DNA of 64,000 bases from Azolla caroliniana (Eukaryota > Plantae > Polypodiophyta): positions 124,001 to 188,000 of the forward strand of contig JBHGNT010000026.1 of assembly GCA_043228905.1 (NCBI GenBank). The letters run 5' to 3'. The notes beneath the pieces were generated by a model. That model ran no database searches, was not told the DNA's origin, and saw only the letters and a program-made list of their open reading frames with translations. Numbering within the stretch: position 1 is the first letter of the stretch; every line of letters begins with the position of its first letter. Below are positions 40,229-55,600 of the stretch, piece after piece. The position numbers and the translations under genes were made by a program.

Positions 40229-43200
40229 CGAATCGAAGCTAACAACGCTAGCTATGATATGGAATTACAAAATCAAGATTTTGAAACTCCAGGCGAGAGA
40301 CATGACGAAATTACCAAATTTGAGGAGTGAGGTTGGGAGAGCGCGTGAGTGAATTAAAATGTTCATACCTGGCTCGTGTGATATCGGATTTTTGTGTTCA
40401 AACATGCGAATCGAAGCTAACAACGCTAGCTGTGATATGGACTTAAAAAATCAAGATTTTGAAACTCAGGTCGAGAGACATGACGAAATTACCAACTTTG
40501 AGGAGTGAGTTGAGATGAGCCCTTGAGTATATTAAAATGGTCATACCTAGCGAGTGTGATATCGGATTTTTGTGTTCAAACATGCGAATCGAAGCCAACA
40601 ACGCTAGCTATGATCTAGAATTAAAAAAGGAAGATTTTGAAACTCAGGTCGAGAGTCATGACGGAATTAGCAAATTTGAGGAGTGAGTTGAGAGGAGCCC
40701 TTGAGTAAATTAAAAGGGTCATACCTAGCGAGTGTGATATCGGATTTTTGTGTACAAACATGCGAATCGAAGCTAACAACGCTAGCTATCATATGGAATT
40801 GAAAAATCAAGATTTTGAAACTCAGGTCGAGAGACATGACGAAATTAGCAAATTTGAGGAGTGAGTTGAGAGAAGCCCTTGAGTAAATTAAAATGTTCAT
40901 ACCTAGCGAGTGTGATATCGGAATTTTGTGTACAAACATGCGAATCGAAGCTAACAACGCTAGCTATGATATGGAATTGAAAAATCAAGATTTTGAAACT
41001 CAGGTCGAGAGACATGACGAAATTAGCAAATTTGAGGAGTGAGTTGAGAGGAGCCCTTAAGTAAATAAAAATGTTCATACCTAGCTCGTGTGATATCGGA
41101 TTTTTGTGTTGAAACATGCGAATCGAAGCTAACAACGCTAGGTATGATATGGAATTACAAAATCAAGATTTTGAAACTCCAGGCGAGAGACATGACGAAA
41201 TTACCAAATTTGAGGAGTGAGGTTGGAAGAGCGCGTGAGTGAATTAAAATGTTCATACCTGGCTCGTGTGATATCGGATTTTTGTGTTCAAACATGCGAA
41301 TCGAAGCTAACAACGCTAGCTATCATATGGACTTAAAAAATCAAGATTTTGAAACTCAGGTCGAGAGACATGACGAAATTACCAAATTTGAGGAGTGAGT
41401 TGAGAGGAGCCCTTGAGTAAATTAAAATGGTCATACCTAGCGAGTGTGATATCGGATTTTTGTGTACAAACATGCGAATCGAAGCTAACAACGCTAGCTA
41501 TGATATGGAATTAAAAAATCAAGATTTTGCAACTCAAGTCAAGAGACATGAAGAAATTACCAAATTTGAGGAGTGAGGTTGGAAGAGCGCGTGAGTGAAT
41601 TAAAATGTTCATACCTGGCTCGTGTGATATCGGATTTTTGTGTTCAAACATGCGAATCGAAGCTAACAACGCTAGCTATGATATGGAATAAAAAAAACAA
41701 GATTTTCAAACTCAGGTCAAGAGACATGACGAAATTAGCAAATTTGAGGAGTGAGTTGAGAGGAGCCCTTGAGTAAATTAAAATGGTCATACATAGCGAG
41801 TGTGATATCGGATTTTTGTGTACAAACATGCGAATCGAAGCTAACAACGCTAGCTATGATATGGAATTAAAAAATCAAGATTTTGAAACTCAGGTCGAGA
41901 GACATGACGAAATTACCAAATTTGAGGAGGGAGTTGAGAGGGGCCCTTGAGTAAATTAATATGTTCATACCTAGCTCGTGTGATATCGGATTTTTGTGTT
42001 CAAACATGCGAATCGAAGCTAACAACGCTAGCTATGATATGGAATTAAAAAATCAAGATTTTGAAACTCAGGTCGAGAGACATGACGAAATTACCAAATT
42101 TGAGGAGGGAGTTGAGAGGAGCCCTTGAGTAAATTAAAATGGTCATACCTAGAGAGTGTGATATCGGATTTTTGTGTTCAAACATTGGAATCGAAGCTAA
42201 CAACGCTAGGTATGATATAGAATTAAAAAATCAAGATTTTGAAACTCAGGTCGAGAGACATGACGAAATTACCAAATTTGAGGAGTGAGTTAAGAAGAGC
42301 TATTAGGTAAATTATAATGTTCATACCTGGCTCGTGTGATATCAGATTTCTGTGTTCAAACATGCGAATCGAAGCTAATAACGCTAGCTATGATATGGAA
42401 TTAAAAAATCAATATTTTGAAACTCAGGTCGAGAGACATGACGAAAATAGCAAATTTGAGGAGTGAGTTGAGATGAGCCCTTGAGTAAATTAAAATGTTC
42501 ATACATAGCGAGTGTGATATCGGATTTTTGTGTACAAACATGCGAATCGAAGATAACAACGCTAGCTATGATATGGAATTAAAAAATCAAGATTTTGAAA
42601 CTAAGGTCGAGAGACATGACGAAATTACCAAATTTGAGGAGGGAGTTGAGAGGAGCCCTTGAGTATATTAAAATGGTCATACCTAGCGAGTGTGATATTG
42701 GATTTTTGTGTTCAAACATGCGAATCGAAGCCAACAACGCTAGCTATGATATGGAATTAAAAAATCAAGATTTTGAAACTCAGGTCGAGAGACATGACGA
42801 AATTAGCAAATTTGAGGAGTGAGTTGAGAGGAGCCCTTGAGTAAATTAAAATGGTCATACCTAGCGAGTGTGATATCGGATTTTTGTGTACAAACATGCG
42901 AATCGAAGCTAACAACGCTAGCTATGACATGGAATTAAAAAATCAAGATTATGAAACTCAGGTCGAGAGACATGACGAAATTACCAAATTTGAGGAGGGA
43001 GTTAAGAAGAGCTATTAGGTAAATTAAAATGTTCATACCTGGCTCGTGTGATATCGGATTTTTGTGTTCAAACATGCGAATCGAAGCTAACAACGCTAGC
43101 TATGATATAGAATTAAAAAATCAAGATTTTGACACTCAGGTCGAGAGACATGACGAAATTACCAAATTTGAGGAGTGAGTTGAGAGGAGCCCTTGAGTAA

Positions 43201-46112
43201 ATTAAAATGTTCATACCTAGCGAGTGTGATATCGGAATTTTGTGTTCAAACATGCGAATCAAACCTAACAACGCTAGCTATGATCTAGAATTAAAAAAGG
43301 AAGATTTTGAAACTCAGGTCGAGAGTCATGACGGAATTAGCAAATTTGAGGAGTGAGTTGAGAGGAGCCCTTGAGTAAATTAAAAGGGTCATACCTAGCG
43401 AGTGTGATATCGGATTTTTGTGTACAAACATGCGAATCGAAGCTAACAAGGCTAGCTATCATATGGAATTGAAAAATCAAGATTTTGAAACTCAGGTCGA
43501 GAGACATGACGAAATTAGCAAATTTGAGGAGTGAGTTGAGAGAAGCCCTTGAGTAAATTAAAATGTTCATACCTAGCGAGTGTGATATCGGAATTTTGTG
43601 TACAAACATGCGAATCGAAGCTAACAACGCTAGCTATGACATGGAATTAAAAAATCAAGATTTTGAAACTCAGGTCGAGAGACATGACGAAATTAGCAAA
43701 TTTGAGGAGTGAGTTAAGAAGAGCTATTAGGTAAATTAAAATGTTCATACCTGGCTCGTGTGATATCGGATTTTTGTGTTCAAACATGCGAATCGAAGCT
43801 AACAACGCTAGCTATGATATGGAATTACAAAATCAAGATTTTGAAACTCCAGGCGAGAGACATGACGAAATTACCAAATTTGAGGAGTGAGGTTGGGAGA
43901 GCGCGTGAGTGAATTAAAATGTTCATACCTGGCTCGTGTGATATCGGATTTTTGTGTTCAAACATGCGAATCGAAGCTAACAACGCTAGCTGTGATATGG
44001 ACTTAAAAAATCAAGATTTTGAAACTCAGGTCGAGAGACATGACGAAATTACCAACTTTGAGGAGTGAGTTGAGATGAGCCCTTGAGTATATTAAAATGG
44101 TCATACCTAGCGAGTGTGATATCGGATTTTTGTGTTCAAACATGCGAATCGAAGCCAACAACGCTAGCTATGATCTAGAATTAAAAAAGGAAGATTTTGA
44201 AACTCAGGTCGAGAGTCATGACGGAATTAGCAAATTTGAGGAGTGAGTTGAGAGGAGCCCTTGAGTAAATTAAAAGGGTCATACCTAGCGAGTGTGATAT
44301 CGGATTTTTGTGTACAAACATGCGAATCGAAGCTAACAACGCTAGCTATCATATGGAATTGAAAAATCAAGATTTTGAAACTCAGGTCGAGAGACATGAC
44401 GAAATTAGCAAATTTGAGGAGTGAGTTGAGAGAAGCCCTTGAGTAAATTAAAATGTTCATACCTAGCGAGTGTGATATCGGAATTTTGTGTACAAACATG
44501 CGAATCGAAGCTAACAACGCTAGCTATGATATGGAATTGAAAAATCAAGATTTTGAAACTCAGGTCGAGAGACATGACGAAATTAGCAAATTTGAGGAGT
44601 GAGTTGAGAGGAGCCCTTAAGTAAATAAAAATGTTCATACCTAGCTCGTGTGATATCGGATTTTTGTGTTGAAACATGCGAATCGAAGCTAACAACGCTA
44701 GGTATGATATGGAATTACAAAATCAAGATTTTGAAACTCCAGGCGAGAGACATGACGAAATTACCAAATTTGAGGAGTGAGGTTGGAAGAGCGCGTGAGT
44801 GAATTAAAATGTTCATACCTGGCTCGTGTGATATCGGATTTTTGTGTTCAAACATGCGAATCGAAGCTAACAACGCTAGCTATCATATGGACTTAAAAAA
44901 TCAAGATTTTGAAACTCAGGTCGAGAGACATGACGAAATTACCAAATTTGAGGAGTGAGTTGAGAGGAGCCCTTGAGTAAATTAAAATGGTCATACCTAG
45001 CGAGTGTGATATCGGATTTTTGTGTACAAACATGCGAATCGAAGCTAACAACGCTAGCTATGATATGGAATTAAAAAATCAAGATTTTGCAACTCAAGTC
45101 AAGAGACATGAAGAAATTACCAAATTTGAGGAGTGAGGTTGGAAGAGCGCGTGAGTGAATTAAAATGTTCATACCTGGCTCGTGTGATATCGGATTTTTG
45201 TGTTCAAACATGCGAATCGAAGCTAACAACGCTAGCTATGATATGGAATAAAAAAAACAAGATTTTCAAACTCAGGTCAAGAGACATGACGAAATTAGCA
45301 AATTTGAGGAGTGAGTTGAGAGGAGCCCTTGAGTAAATTAAAATGGTCATACATAGCGAGTGTGATATCGGATTTTTGTGTACAAACATGCGAATCGAAG
45401 CTAACAACGCTAGCTATGATATGGAATTAAAAAATCAAGATTTTGAAACTCAGGTCGAGAGACATGACGAAATTACCAAATTTGAGGAGGGAGTTGAGAG
45501 GGGCCCTTGAGTAAATTAATATGTTCATACCTAGCTCGTGTGATATCGGATTTTTGTGTTCAAACATGCGAATCGAAGCTAACAACGCTAGCTATGATAT
45601 GGAATTAAAAAATCAAGATTTTGAAACTCAGGTCGAGAGACATGACGAAATTACCAAATTTGAGGAGGGAGTTGAGAGGAGCCCTTGAGTAAATTAAAAT
45701 GGTCATACCTAGAGAGTGTGATATCGGATTTTTGTGTTCAAACATTGGAATCGAAGCTAACAACGCTAGGTATGATATAGAATTAAAAAATCAAGATTTT
45801 GAAACTCAGGTCGAGAGACATGACGAAATTACCAAATTTGAGGAGTGAGTTAAGAAGAGCTATTAGGTAAATTATAATGTTCATACCTGGCTCGTGTGAT
45901 ATCAGATTTCTGTGTTCAAACATGCGAATCGAAGCTAATAACGCTAGCTATGATATGGAATTAAAAAATCAATATTTTGAAACTCAGGTCGAGAGACATG
46001 ACGAAAATAGCAAATTTGAGGAGTGAGTTGAGATGAGCCCTTGAGTAAATTAAAATGTTCATACATAGCGAGTGTGATATCGGATTTTTGTGTACAAACA
46101 TGCGAATCGAAG
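38915..46112. repeat. Apparently identical tandem duplication of 20 monomers (3560 bp)
   Basis: Rare variants at +3560: AGATAAC 38991/42551, GGTTGGGAGA 40331/43891, CCCTTAAGT 41054/44614, TTTTGCAACTCAAGTCAAG 41525/45085, AACATTGGA 42181/45741. ORF pairs 39035/42595, 39777/43337, 40667/44227 and 41573/45133 agree. Confidence 0.92.
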
Positions 46113-49100
46113 CTAACAACGCTAGCTATGATATGGAATTAAAAAATCAAGATTTTGAAACTCAGGTCGAGAGACATGACGAAATTACCAAATTTGAGGA
46201 GTGAGTTGAGAGGAGCCCTTGAGTAAATTATAATGTTCATACCTGGTTCGTGTGATATCGGATTTTTGTGTTCAAACATGCGAATCGAAGCTAATAACGC
46301 TAGCTATGATATGGAATTAAAAAATCAAGATTTTGCAACTCAAGTCCAGAGACATGAAGAAATTACCAAATTTGAGGAGTGAGGTTGGAAGAGCGCGTGA
46401 GTGAATTAAAATGTTCATACCTGGCTCGTGTGATATCGAATTTTTGTGTTCAAACATGCGAATCGAAGCTAACAACGCTAGCTATGATATGGAATAAAAA
46501 AAACAAGATTTTCAAACTCAGGTCAAGAGACATGACGAAATTACCAAATTTGAGGAGGGGGTTGAGAGGGGCACTTGAGTAAATTAAAATGTTCATACCT
46601 AGCTCGTGTGATATCGGATTTTTGTGTTCAAACATGCGAATCGAAGCTAACAACGCTAGCTATGATATGGAATAAAAAAAACAAGATTTTGAAACTCAGG
46701 TCGAGAGACATGACGAAATTACCAAATTTGAGGAGTGAGTTGAGAGGAGCCCTTGAGTAAATTAAAATGTTCATACATAGCGAGTGTGATATCGGATTTT
46801 TGTGTACAAACATGCGAATCGAAGCTAACAACGCTAGCTATGATATGGAATTAAAAAATCAAGATTTTGAAACTCAGGTCGAGAGACATGACGAAATTAC
46901 CAAATTTGAGGAGGGGGTTGAGAGGGGCCCTTGAGTAAATTAAAATGTTCATACCTAGCTCGTGTGATATCGGATTTTTGTGTTCAAACATGCGAATCGA
47001 AGCTAACAACGCTAGCTATGATATGGAGTAAAAAAAACAAGATTTTGAAACTCAGGTCGAGAGACATGACGAAATTACCAAATTTGAGGAGTGAGTTGAG
47101 AGGAGCCCTTGAGTAAATTAAAATGGTCATACCTAGCGATTGTGATATCGGATTTTTGTGTACAAACATGCGAATCGAAGCTAACAACGCTAGCTATGAT
47201 ATGGAATTAAAAAATCAAGATTTTGAAACTTACGTCGAGAGATATGACGAAATTAGCAAATTTGAGGAGTGAGTTGAGAGGAGCCCTTGAGTAAATTAAA
47301 ATGGTCATACCTAGCGAGTGTGATATCGGATTTTTGTGTTCAAACATGCGAATCTAAGCTAACAACGCTAGCTATGATATGGAATTGAAAAATCAAGATT
47401 TTGAAACTCAGGTCGAGAGACATGACGAAATTACCAAATTTGAGGAGCGAGTTAAGAAGAGCTATTAGGTACATTAAAATGTTCATACCTGGCTCGTGTG
47501 ATATCGGATTTTTGTGTTCAAACATGCGAATCGAAGCTAACAACGCTAGCTATCATATGGACTTAAAAAATCAAGATTTTGAAACTCAGGTCGAGAGACA
47601 TGACGAAATTACCAACTTTGAGGAGTGAGTTGAGATGAGCCCTTGAGTATATTAAAATGGTCATACCTAGCGAGTGTGATATCGGATTTTTGTGTTCAAA
47701 CATGCGAATCGAAGCCAACAACGCTAGCTATGATATGGAATTAAAAAATCAAGATTTTGAAACTCAGGTCGAGAGACATGACGAAATTAGCAAATTTGAG
47801 GAGTGAGTTGAGAGGAGCCCTTGAGTAAATAAAAATGTTCATACCTAGCTCGTGTGATATCGGATTTTTGTGTACAAACATGCGAATCGAAGCTAACAAC
47901 GCTAGCTATGATATGGAATTGAAAAATCAAGATTTTGAAACTCAGGTCGAGAGACATGACGAAATTAGCAAATTTGAGGAGTGAGTTGAGAGGAGCCCTT
48001 GAATAAATAAAAATGTTCATACCTAGCTCGTGTGATATCGGATTTTTGTGTACAAACATGCGAATCGAAGCTAACAACGCTAGCTATGACATGGAATTAA
48101 AAAATTAAGATTATGAAACTCAGGTCGAGAGACATGACGAAATTACCAAATTTGAGGAGGGAGTTAAGAAGAGCTATTAGGTAAATTAAAATGTTCATAC
48201 CTGGCTCGTGTGATATCGGATTTTTGTGTTCAAACATGCGAATCGAAGCTAACAACGCTAGCTATGATATAGAATTAAAAAATCAAGATTGTGACACTCA
48301 GGTCGAGAGACATGACGAAATTACCAAATTTGAGAAGTGAGTTGAGAGGAGCCCTTGAGTAAATTAAAATGTTCATACATAGCGAGTGTGATATCGGATT
48401 TTTGTGTACAAATATGCGAATCGAAGCTAACAACGCTAGCTATGATATAGAATTAAAAAATCAAGATTTTGACACTCAGGTCGAGAGACATGACGAAATT
48501 ACCAAATTTGAGGAGTGAGTTGAGAGGAGCCCTTCAGTAAATTAAAATGTTCATACATAGCGAGTGTGATATCGGATTTTTGTGTACAAACATGCGAATC
48601 GAAGCTAACAACGCTAGCTATGATATGGAATTAAAAAATCAAGATTTTGAAACTAAGGTCGAGAGACATGACGAAATTAGCAAATTTGAGGAGTGAGTTG
48701 AGAGGAGCCCTTGAGTAAATAAAAATGTTCATACCTAGCTCGTGTGATATCGGATTTTTGTGTTCAAACATGCGAATCGAAGCCAACAACGCTAGCTATG
48801 ATATGGAATTAAAAAATCAAGATTTTGAAACTCAGGCCGAGAGACATGACGAAATTAGCAAATTTGAGGAGTGAGTTGAGAGGAGCCCTTGAGTAAATTA
48901 AAATGGTCATACCTAGCGAGTGTGATATCGGATTGTTGTGTACAAACATGCGAATCGAAGCTAACAACGCTAGCTATGACATGGAATTAAAATATCAAGA
49001 TTATGAAACTCAGGTCGAGAGACATGACGAAATTACCAAATTTGAGGAGGGAGTTAAGAAGAGCTATTAGGTAAATTAAAATGTTCATACCTGGCTCGTG

Positions 49101-49662
49101 TGATATCGGAATTTTGTGTTCAAACATGCGAATCAAACCTAACAACGCTAGCTATGATCTAGAATTAAAAAAGCAAGATTTTGAAACTCAGGTCGAGAGT
49201 CATGACGGAATTAGCAAATTTGAGGAGTGAGTTGAGAGGAGCCCTTGAGTAAATTAAAATGGTCATACCTAGCGAGTGTGATATCGGATTTTTGTGTACA
49301 AACATGCGAATCGAAGCTAACAACGCTAGTTATCATATGGAATTGAAAAATCAAGATTTTGAAACTCAGGTCGAGAGACATGACGAAATTAGCAAATTTG
49401 AGGAGTGAGTTGAGAGAAGCCCTTGAGTAAATTAAAATGTTCATACCTAGCGAGTGTGATATCGGAATTTTGTGTACAAACATGCGAAACGAAGCTAACA
49501 ACGCTAGCTATGATATGGAATTGAAAAATCAAGATTTTGAAACTCAGGTCGAGAGACATGACGAAATTAGCAAATTTGAGGAGTGAGTTGAGAGGAGCCC
49601 TTGAGTAAATAAAAATGTTTATACCTAGCTCGTGTGATATCGGATTTTTGTGTTCAAACATG
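46113..49662. repeat. Diverged, non-HOR junction zone with many singleton variants
   Basis: Variants not noticed elsewhere: GCACTT (46571), TACGTCG (47231), AATCTAAG (47351), GGAGCGA (~47444), GTGACACT (48291), CCTTCAG (48531), AGGCCGA (~48834), GATTGTT (48931). Confidence 0.75.
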
Positions 49663-52600
49663 CGAATCGAAGCTAACAACGCTAGCTATGATATGGAATT
49701 ACAAAATCAAGATTTTGAAACTCCAGGCGAGAGACATGACGAAATTACCAAATTTGAGGAGTGAGGTTGGAATAGCGCGTGAGTGAATTAAAATGTTCAT
49801 ACCTGGCTTGTGTGATATCGGATTTTTGTGTTCAAACATGCGAATCGAAGCTAACAACGCTAGCTATGATATGGACTTAAAAAATCAAGATTTTGAAACT
49901 CAGATCGAGAGACATGACGTAATTTCCAAATTTCAGGAGGGAGTTGAGAAGAGCTAGTAGGTAAATTATAATGTTCATACCTGGCTCGTGTGATATCGGA
50001 TTTTTGTGTTCAAACCTGCGAATCGAAGCTAACAACGCTAGCTATGATATGGAATTACAAAATCAAGATTTTGAAACTCCAGGCGAGAGACATGACGACA
50101 TTACCAAATTTGAGGAGTGAGGTTGGAAGAGCCCTTGAGTAAATTAAAATGTTCATACATAGCGAGTGTGATATCGGATTTTTGTGTACAAACATGCGAA
50201 TCGAAGCTAACAACGCTAGCTATGATATGGAATTAAAAAATCAAGATTTTGAAACTAAGGTCGAGAGACATGACGAAATTACCAAATTTGAGGAGGGGGT
50301 TGAGAGGGGCCCTTGAGTAAATTAAAATGTTCATAGCTAGCGAGTGTGATATCGGAATTTTGTTTTCAAACATGCGAATCAAACCTAACAACGTTAGCTA
50401 TGATCTAGAATTAAAAAAGCAAGATTTTGAAACTCAGGTCGAGAGTCATGACGGAATTAGCAAATTTGAGGAGTGAGTTGAGAGGAGCCCTTGAGTAAAT
50501 TAAAATGGTCATACCTAGCGAGTGTGATATCGGATTTTTGTGTACAAACATGCGAATCGAAGCTAACAACGCTAGCTATCATATGGAATTGAAAAATCAA
50601 GATTTTGAAACTCAGGTCGAGAGACATGACGAAATTAGCAAATTTGAGGAGTGAGTTGAGAGGAGCCCTTGAGTAAATTAAAATGTTCATACCTGGCTCG
50701 TGTGATATCGGAATTTTGTGTACAAACATGCGAATCGAAGCTAACAACGCTAGCTATGATATGGAATTAAAAAATTAAGATTTTGAAACTAAGGTCGAGA
50801 GACATGACGAAATTACCAAATTTGAGGAGGGGGTTGAGAGGGGCCCTTGAGTAAATTAAAATGTTCATAGCTAGCGAGTGTGATATCGGAATTTTGTTTT
50901 CAAACATGCGAATCAAACCTAACAACGTTAGCTATGATCTAGAATTTAAAAAGCAAGATTTTGAAACTCAGGTCGAGAGTCATGACGGAATTAGCAAATT
51001 TGAGGAGTGAGTTGAGAGGAGCCCTTGAGTAAATTAAAATGTTCATACATAGCGAGTGTGATATCGGATTTTTGTGTACAAACATGCGAATCGAAGCTAA
51101 CAACGCTAGCTATGATATGGAATTAAAAAATCAAGATTTTGAAAATCAGGTCGAGAGGCATGACGAAATTAGCAAATTTGAGGAGTGAGTTGAGAGGAGC
51201 CCTTGAGTAAATTAAAATGTTCATACATAGCGAGTGTGATATCGGATTTTTGTGTACAAACATGCGAATCGAAGCTAACAACGCTAGCTATGATATGGAA
51301 TTAAAAAATCAAGATTTTGAAACTCAGGTCGAGAGACATGACGAAATTACCAAATTTGAGGAGGGAGTTGAGAGGGGCCCTTGAGTAAATTAAAATATTC
51401 ATACCTAGCGAGTCTGATATCGGAATTTTGTGTTCAAACATGCGAATCAAACCTAACAACGCTAGCTATGATCTAGTATTAAAAAAGCAAGATTTTGAAA
51501 CTCAGGTCGAGAGTCATGACGGAATTAGCAAATTTGAGGAGTGAGTTGAGAGGAGCCCTTGAGTCAATTAAAATGGTCATACCTAGCGAGTGTGATATCG
51601 GATTTTTGTGTACAAACATGCGAATCGAAGCTAACAACACTAGCTATGATATGGAATTAAAAAATCAAGATTTTGAAACTCAGGTCGAGAGACATGACGA
51701 AATTTCCAAATTTGAGGAGGGAGTTGAGAAGAGCTAGTAGGTAAATTACAATGTTCATACCTGGTTCTTGTGATATCGGATTTTTGTGTTCAAACATGCG
51801 AATCGAAGCTAACAACACTAGCTATGATATGGGATTACAAAATCAAGATTTTGAAAGTCCAGTCGAGAGACATGATGAAATTACCAAATTTGAGGAGTGA
51901 GGTTGGAAGAGCGCGTGAGTGAATTAAAATGTTCATAGCTGGCTCGTGTGATATCGGATTTTTGTGTTCAAACATGCGAATCGAAGCTAACGACGCTAGC
52001 TATGATATGGAATTGAAAAATCAAGATTTTGAAACTCAGGTCGAGACACATGACGAAATTACCAAATTTGAGGAGTGAGTTGAGAGGAGCCCTTGAGTAA
52101 ATTAAAATGGTCATACCTAGCGAGTGTGATATCGGATTTTTGTGTACAAACATGCGAATCGAAGCTAACAACGCTAGCTATGATATGGAATTAAAAAATG
52201 AAGATTTTGAAACTCAGGTCGAGAGACATGACGAAATTTCCAAATTTGAGGAGGGAGTTGAGAAGAGCTAGTAGGTAAATTACAATGTTCATACCTGGTT
52301 CGTGTGATATCGGATTTTTGTGTTCAAACATGCGAATCGAAGCTAACAACGCTAGCTATGATATGGAATTACAAAATCAAGATTTTGAAACTCCAGTCGA
52401 GATACATGACGAAATTAGCAATTTTGAGGAGTGAGTTGAGAGGAGCCCTTGAGTAAATTAAAATGTTCATACCTAGCGAGTGTGATATCGGAATTTTGTG
52501 TAAAAACATCCGAATCGAAGCTAACAACGCTAGCTATGATATGGAATTAAAAAATCAAGATTTTGAAAATCAGGTCGAGAGGCATGACGAAATTAGCAAA

Positions 52601-55600
52601 TTTGAGGAGTGAGTTGAGAGGAGCCCTTGAGTAAATTAAAATGTTCATACATAGCGAGTGTGATATCGGATTTTTGTGTACAAACATGCGAATCGAAGCT
52701 AACAACGCTAGCTATGATATGGAATTAAAAAATCAAGATTTTGAAACTAAGGTCCAGAGACATGACGAAATTACCAAATTTGAGGAGGGAGTTGAGAGGG
52801 GCCCTTGAGTAAATTAAAATATTCATACCTAGCGAGTCTGATATCGGAATTTTGTGTTCAAACATGCGAATCAAACCTAACAACGCTAGCTATGATCTAG
52901 AATTAAAAAAGCAAGATTTTGAAACTCAGGTCGAGAGTCATGACGGAATTAGCAAATTTGAGGAGTGAGTTGAGAGGAGCCCTTGAGTCAATTAAAATGG
53001 TCATACCTAGCGAGTGTGATATCGGATTTTTGTGTACAAACATGCGAATCGAAGCTAACAACGCTAGCTATGATATGGAATTAAAAAATCAAGATTTTGA
53101 AACTCAGGTCGAGAGACATGACGAAATTTCCAAATTTGAGGAGGGAGTTGAGAAGAGCTAGTAGGTAAATTACAATGTTCATACCTGGTTCTTGTGATAT
53201 CGGATTTTTGTGTTCAAACATGCGAATCGAAGCTAACAACACTAGCTATGATATGGAATTACAAAATCAAGATTTTGAAAGTCCAGTCGAGAGACATGAT
53301 GAAATTACCAAATTTGAGGAGTGAGGTTGGAAGAGCGCGTGAGTGAATTAAAATGTTCATAGTTGGCTCGTGTGATATCGGATTTTTGTGTTCAAACATG
53401 CGAATCGAAGCTAACGACGCTAGCTATGATATGGAATTGAAAAATCAAGATTTTGAAACTCAGGTCGAGACACATGACGAAATTACCAAATTTGAGGAGT
53501 GAGTTGAGAGGAGCCCTTGAGTAAATTAAAATGGTCATACCTAGCGAGTGTGATATCGGATTTTTGTGTACAAACATGCGAATCGAAGCTAACAACGCTA
53601 GCTATGATATGGAATTAAAAAATCAAGATTTTGAAACTCAGGTCGAGAGACATGACGAAATTTCCAAATTTGAGGAGGGAGTTGAGAAGAGCTAGTAGGT
53701 AAATTACAATGTTCATACCTGGTTCGTGTGATATCGGATTTTTGTGTTCAAACATGCGAATCGAAGCTAACAACGCTAGCTATGATATGGAATTACAAAA
53801 TCAAGATTTTGAAACTCCAGTCGAGAGACATGACGAAATTACCAAATTTGAGGAGTGAGGTTGGAAGAGCACGTGAGTGAATTAAAATGTTCATACCTGG
53901 CTCGTGTGATATCGGATATTTGTGTTCAAACATGCGAATCGAAGCTAACAACGCTAGCTATGATATGGAATTAAAAAATCAAGATTTTGAAAATAAGGTC
54001 GAGAGGCATGACGAAATTAGCAAATTTGAGGAGTGAGTTGAGAGGAGCCCTTGAGTAAATTAAAATGTTCATACCTAGCGAGTGTGATATCGGAATTTTG
54101 TGTAAAAACATCCGAATCGAAGCTAACAACGCTAGCTATGATATGGAATTAAAAAATCAAGATTTTGAAAATCAGGTCGAGAGGCATGACGAAATTAGCA
54201 AATTTGAGGAGTGAGTTGAGAGGAGCCCTTGAGTAAATTAAAATGTTCATACATAGCGAGTGTGATATCGGATTTTTGTGTACAAACATGCGAATCGAAG
54301 CTAACAAAGCTAGCTATGATATGGAATTAAAAAATCAAGATTTTGAAACTAAGGTCCAGAGACATGACGAAATTACCAAATTTGAGGAGGGAGTTGAGAG
54401 GGGCCCTTGAGTAAATTAAAATGTTCATACCTAGCGAGTCTGATATCGGAATTTTGTGTTCAAACATGCGAATCAAACCTAACAACGCTAGCTATGATCT
54501 AGAATTAAAAAAGCAAGATTTTGAAACTCAGGTCGAGAGTCATGACGGAATTAGCAAATTTGAGGAGTGAGTTGAGAGGAGCCCTTGAGTAAATTAAAAT
54601 GGTCATACCTAGCGAGTGTGATATCGGATTTTTGTGTACAAACATGCGAATCGAAGCTAACAACGCTAGCTATGATATGGAATTAAAAAATCAAGATTTT
54701 GAAACTCAGGTCGAGAGACATGACGAAATTACCAAATTTGAGGAGTGAGTTGAGAGGAGCCCTTGAGTAAATTAAAATGGTCATACCTAGCGAGTGTGAT
54801 ATCGGATTTTTGTGTACAAACATGCGAATCGAAGCTAACAACGCTAGCTATGATATGGAATTAAAAAATGAAGATTTTGAAACTCAGGTCGAGAGACATG
54901 ACGAAATTTCCAAATTTGAGGAGGGAGTTGAGAAGAGCTAGTAGGTAAATTACAATGTTCATACCTGGTTCGTGTGATATCGGATTTTTGTGTTCAAACA
55001 TGCGAATCGAAGCTAACAACGCTAGCTATGATCTAGAATTAAAAAATCAAGATTTTGAAACTCAGGTCGAGAGACATGACGAAATTAGCAAATTTGAGGA
55101 GTGAGTTGAGAGGAGCCCTTGAGTAAATTAAAATGGTCATACCTAGCGAGTGTGATATCGGATTTTTGTGTACAAACATGCGAATCGAAGCTAACAACGC
55201 TAGCTATCATATGGAATTGAAAAATCAAGATTTTGAAACTCAGGTCGAGAGACATGACGAAATTAGCAAATTTGAGGAGTGAGTTGAGAGAAGCCCTTGA
55301 GTAAATTAAAATGTTCATACCTAGCGAGTGTGATATCGGAATTTTGTGTACAAACATGCGAATCGAAGCTAACAACGCTAGCTATGATATGGAATTGAAA
55401 AATCAAGATTTTGAAACTCAGGTCGAGAGACATGACGAAATTAGCAAATTTGAGGAGTGAGTTGAGAGGAGCCCTTGAGTAAATAAAAATGTTTATACCT
55501 AGCTCGTGTGATATCGGATTTTTGTGTTCAAACATGCGAATCGAAGCTAACAACGCTAGCTATGATATGGAATTACAAAATCAAGATTTTGAAACTCCAG

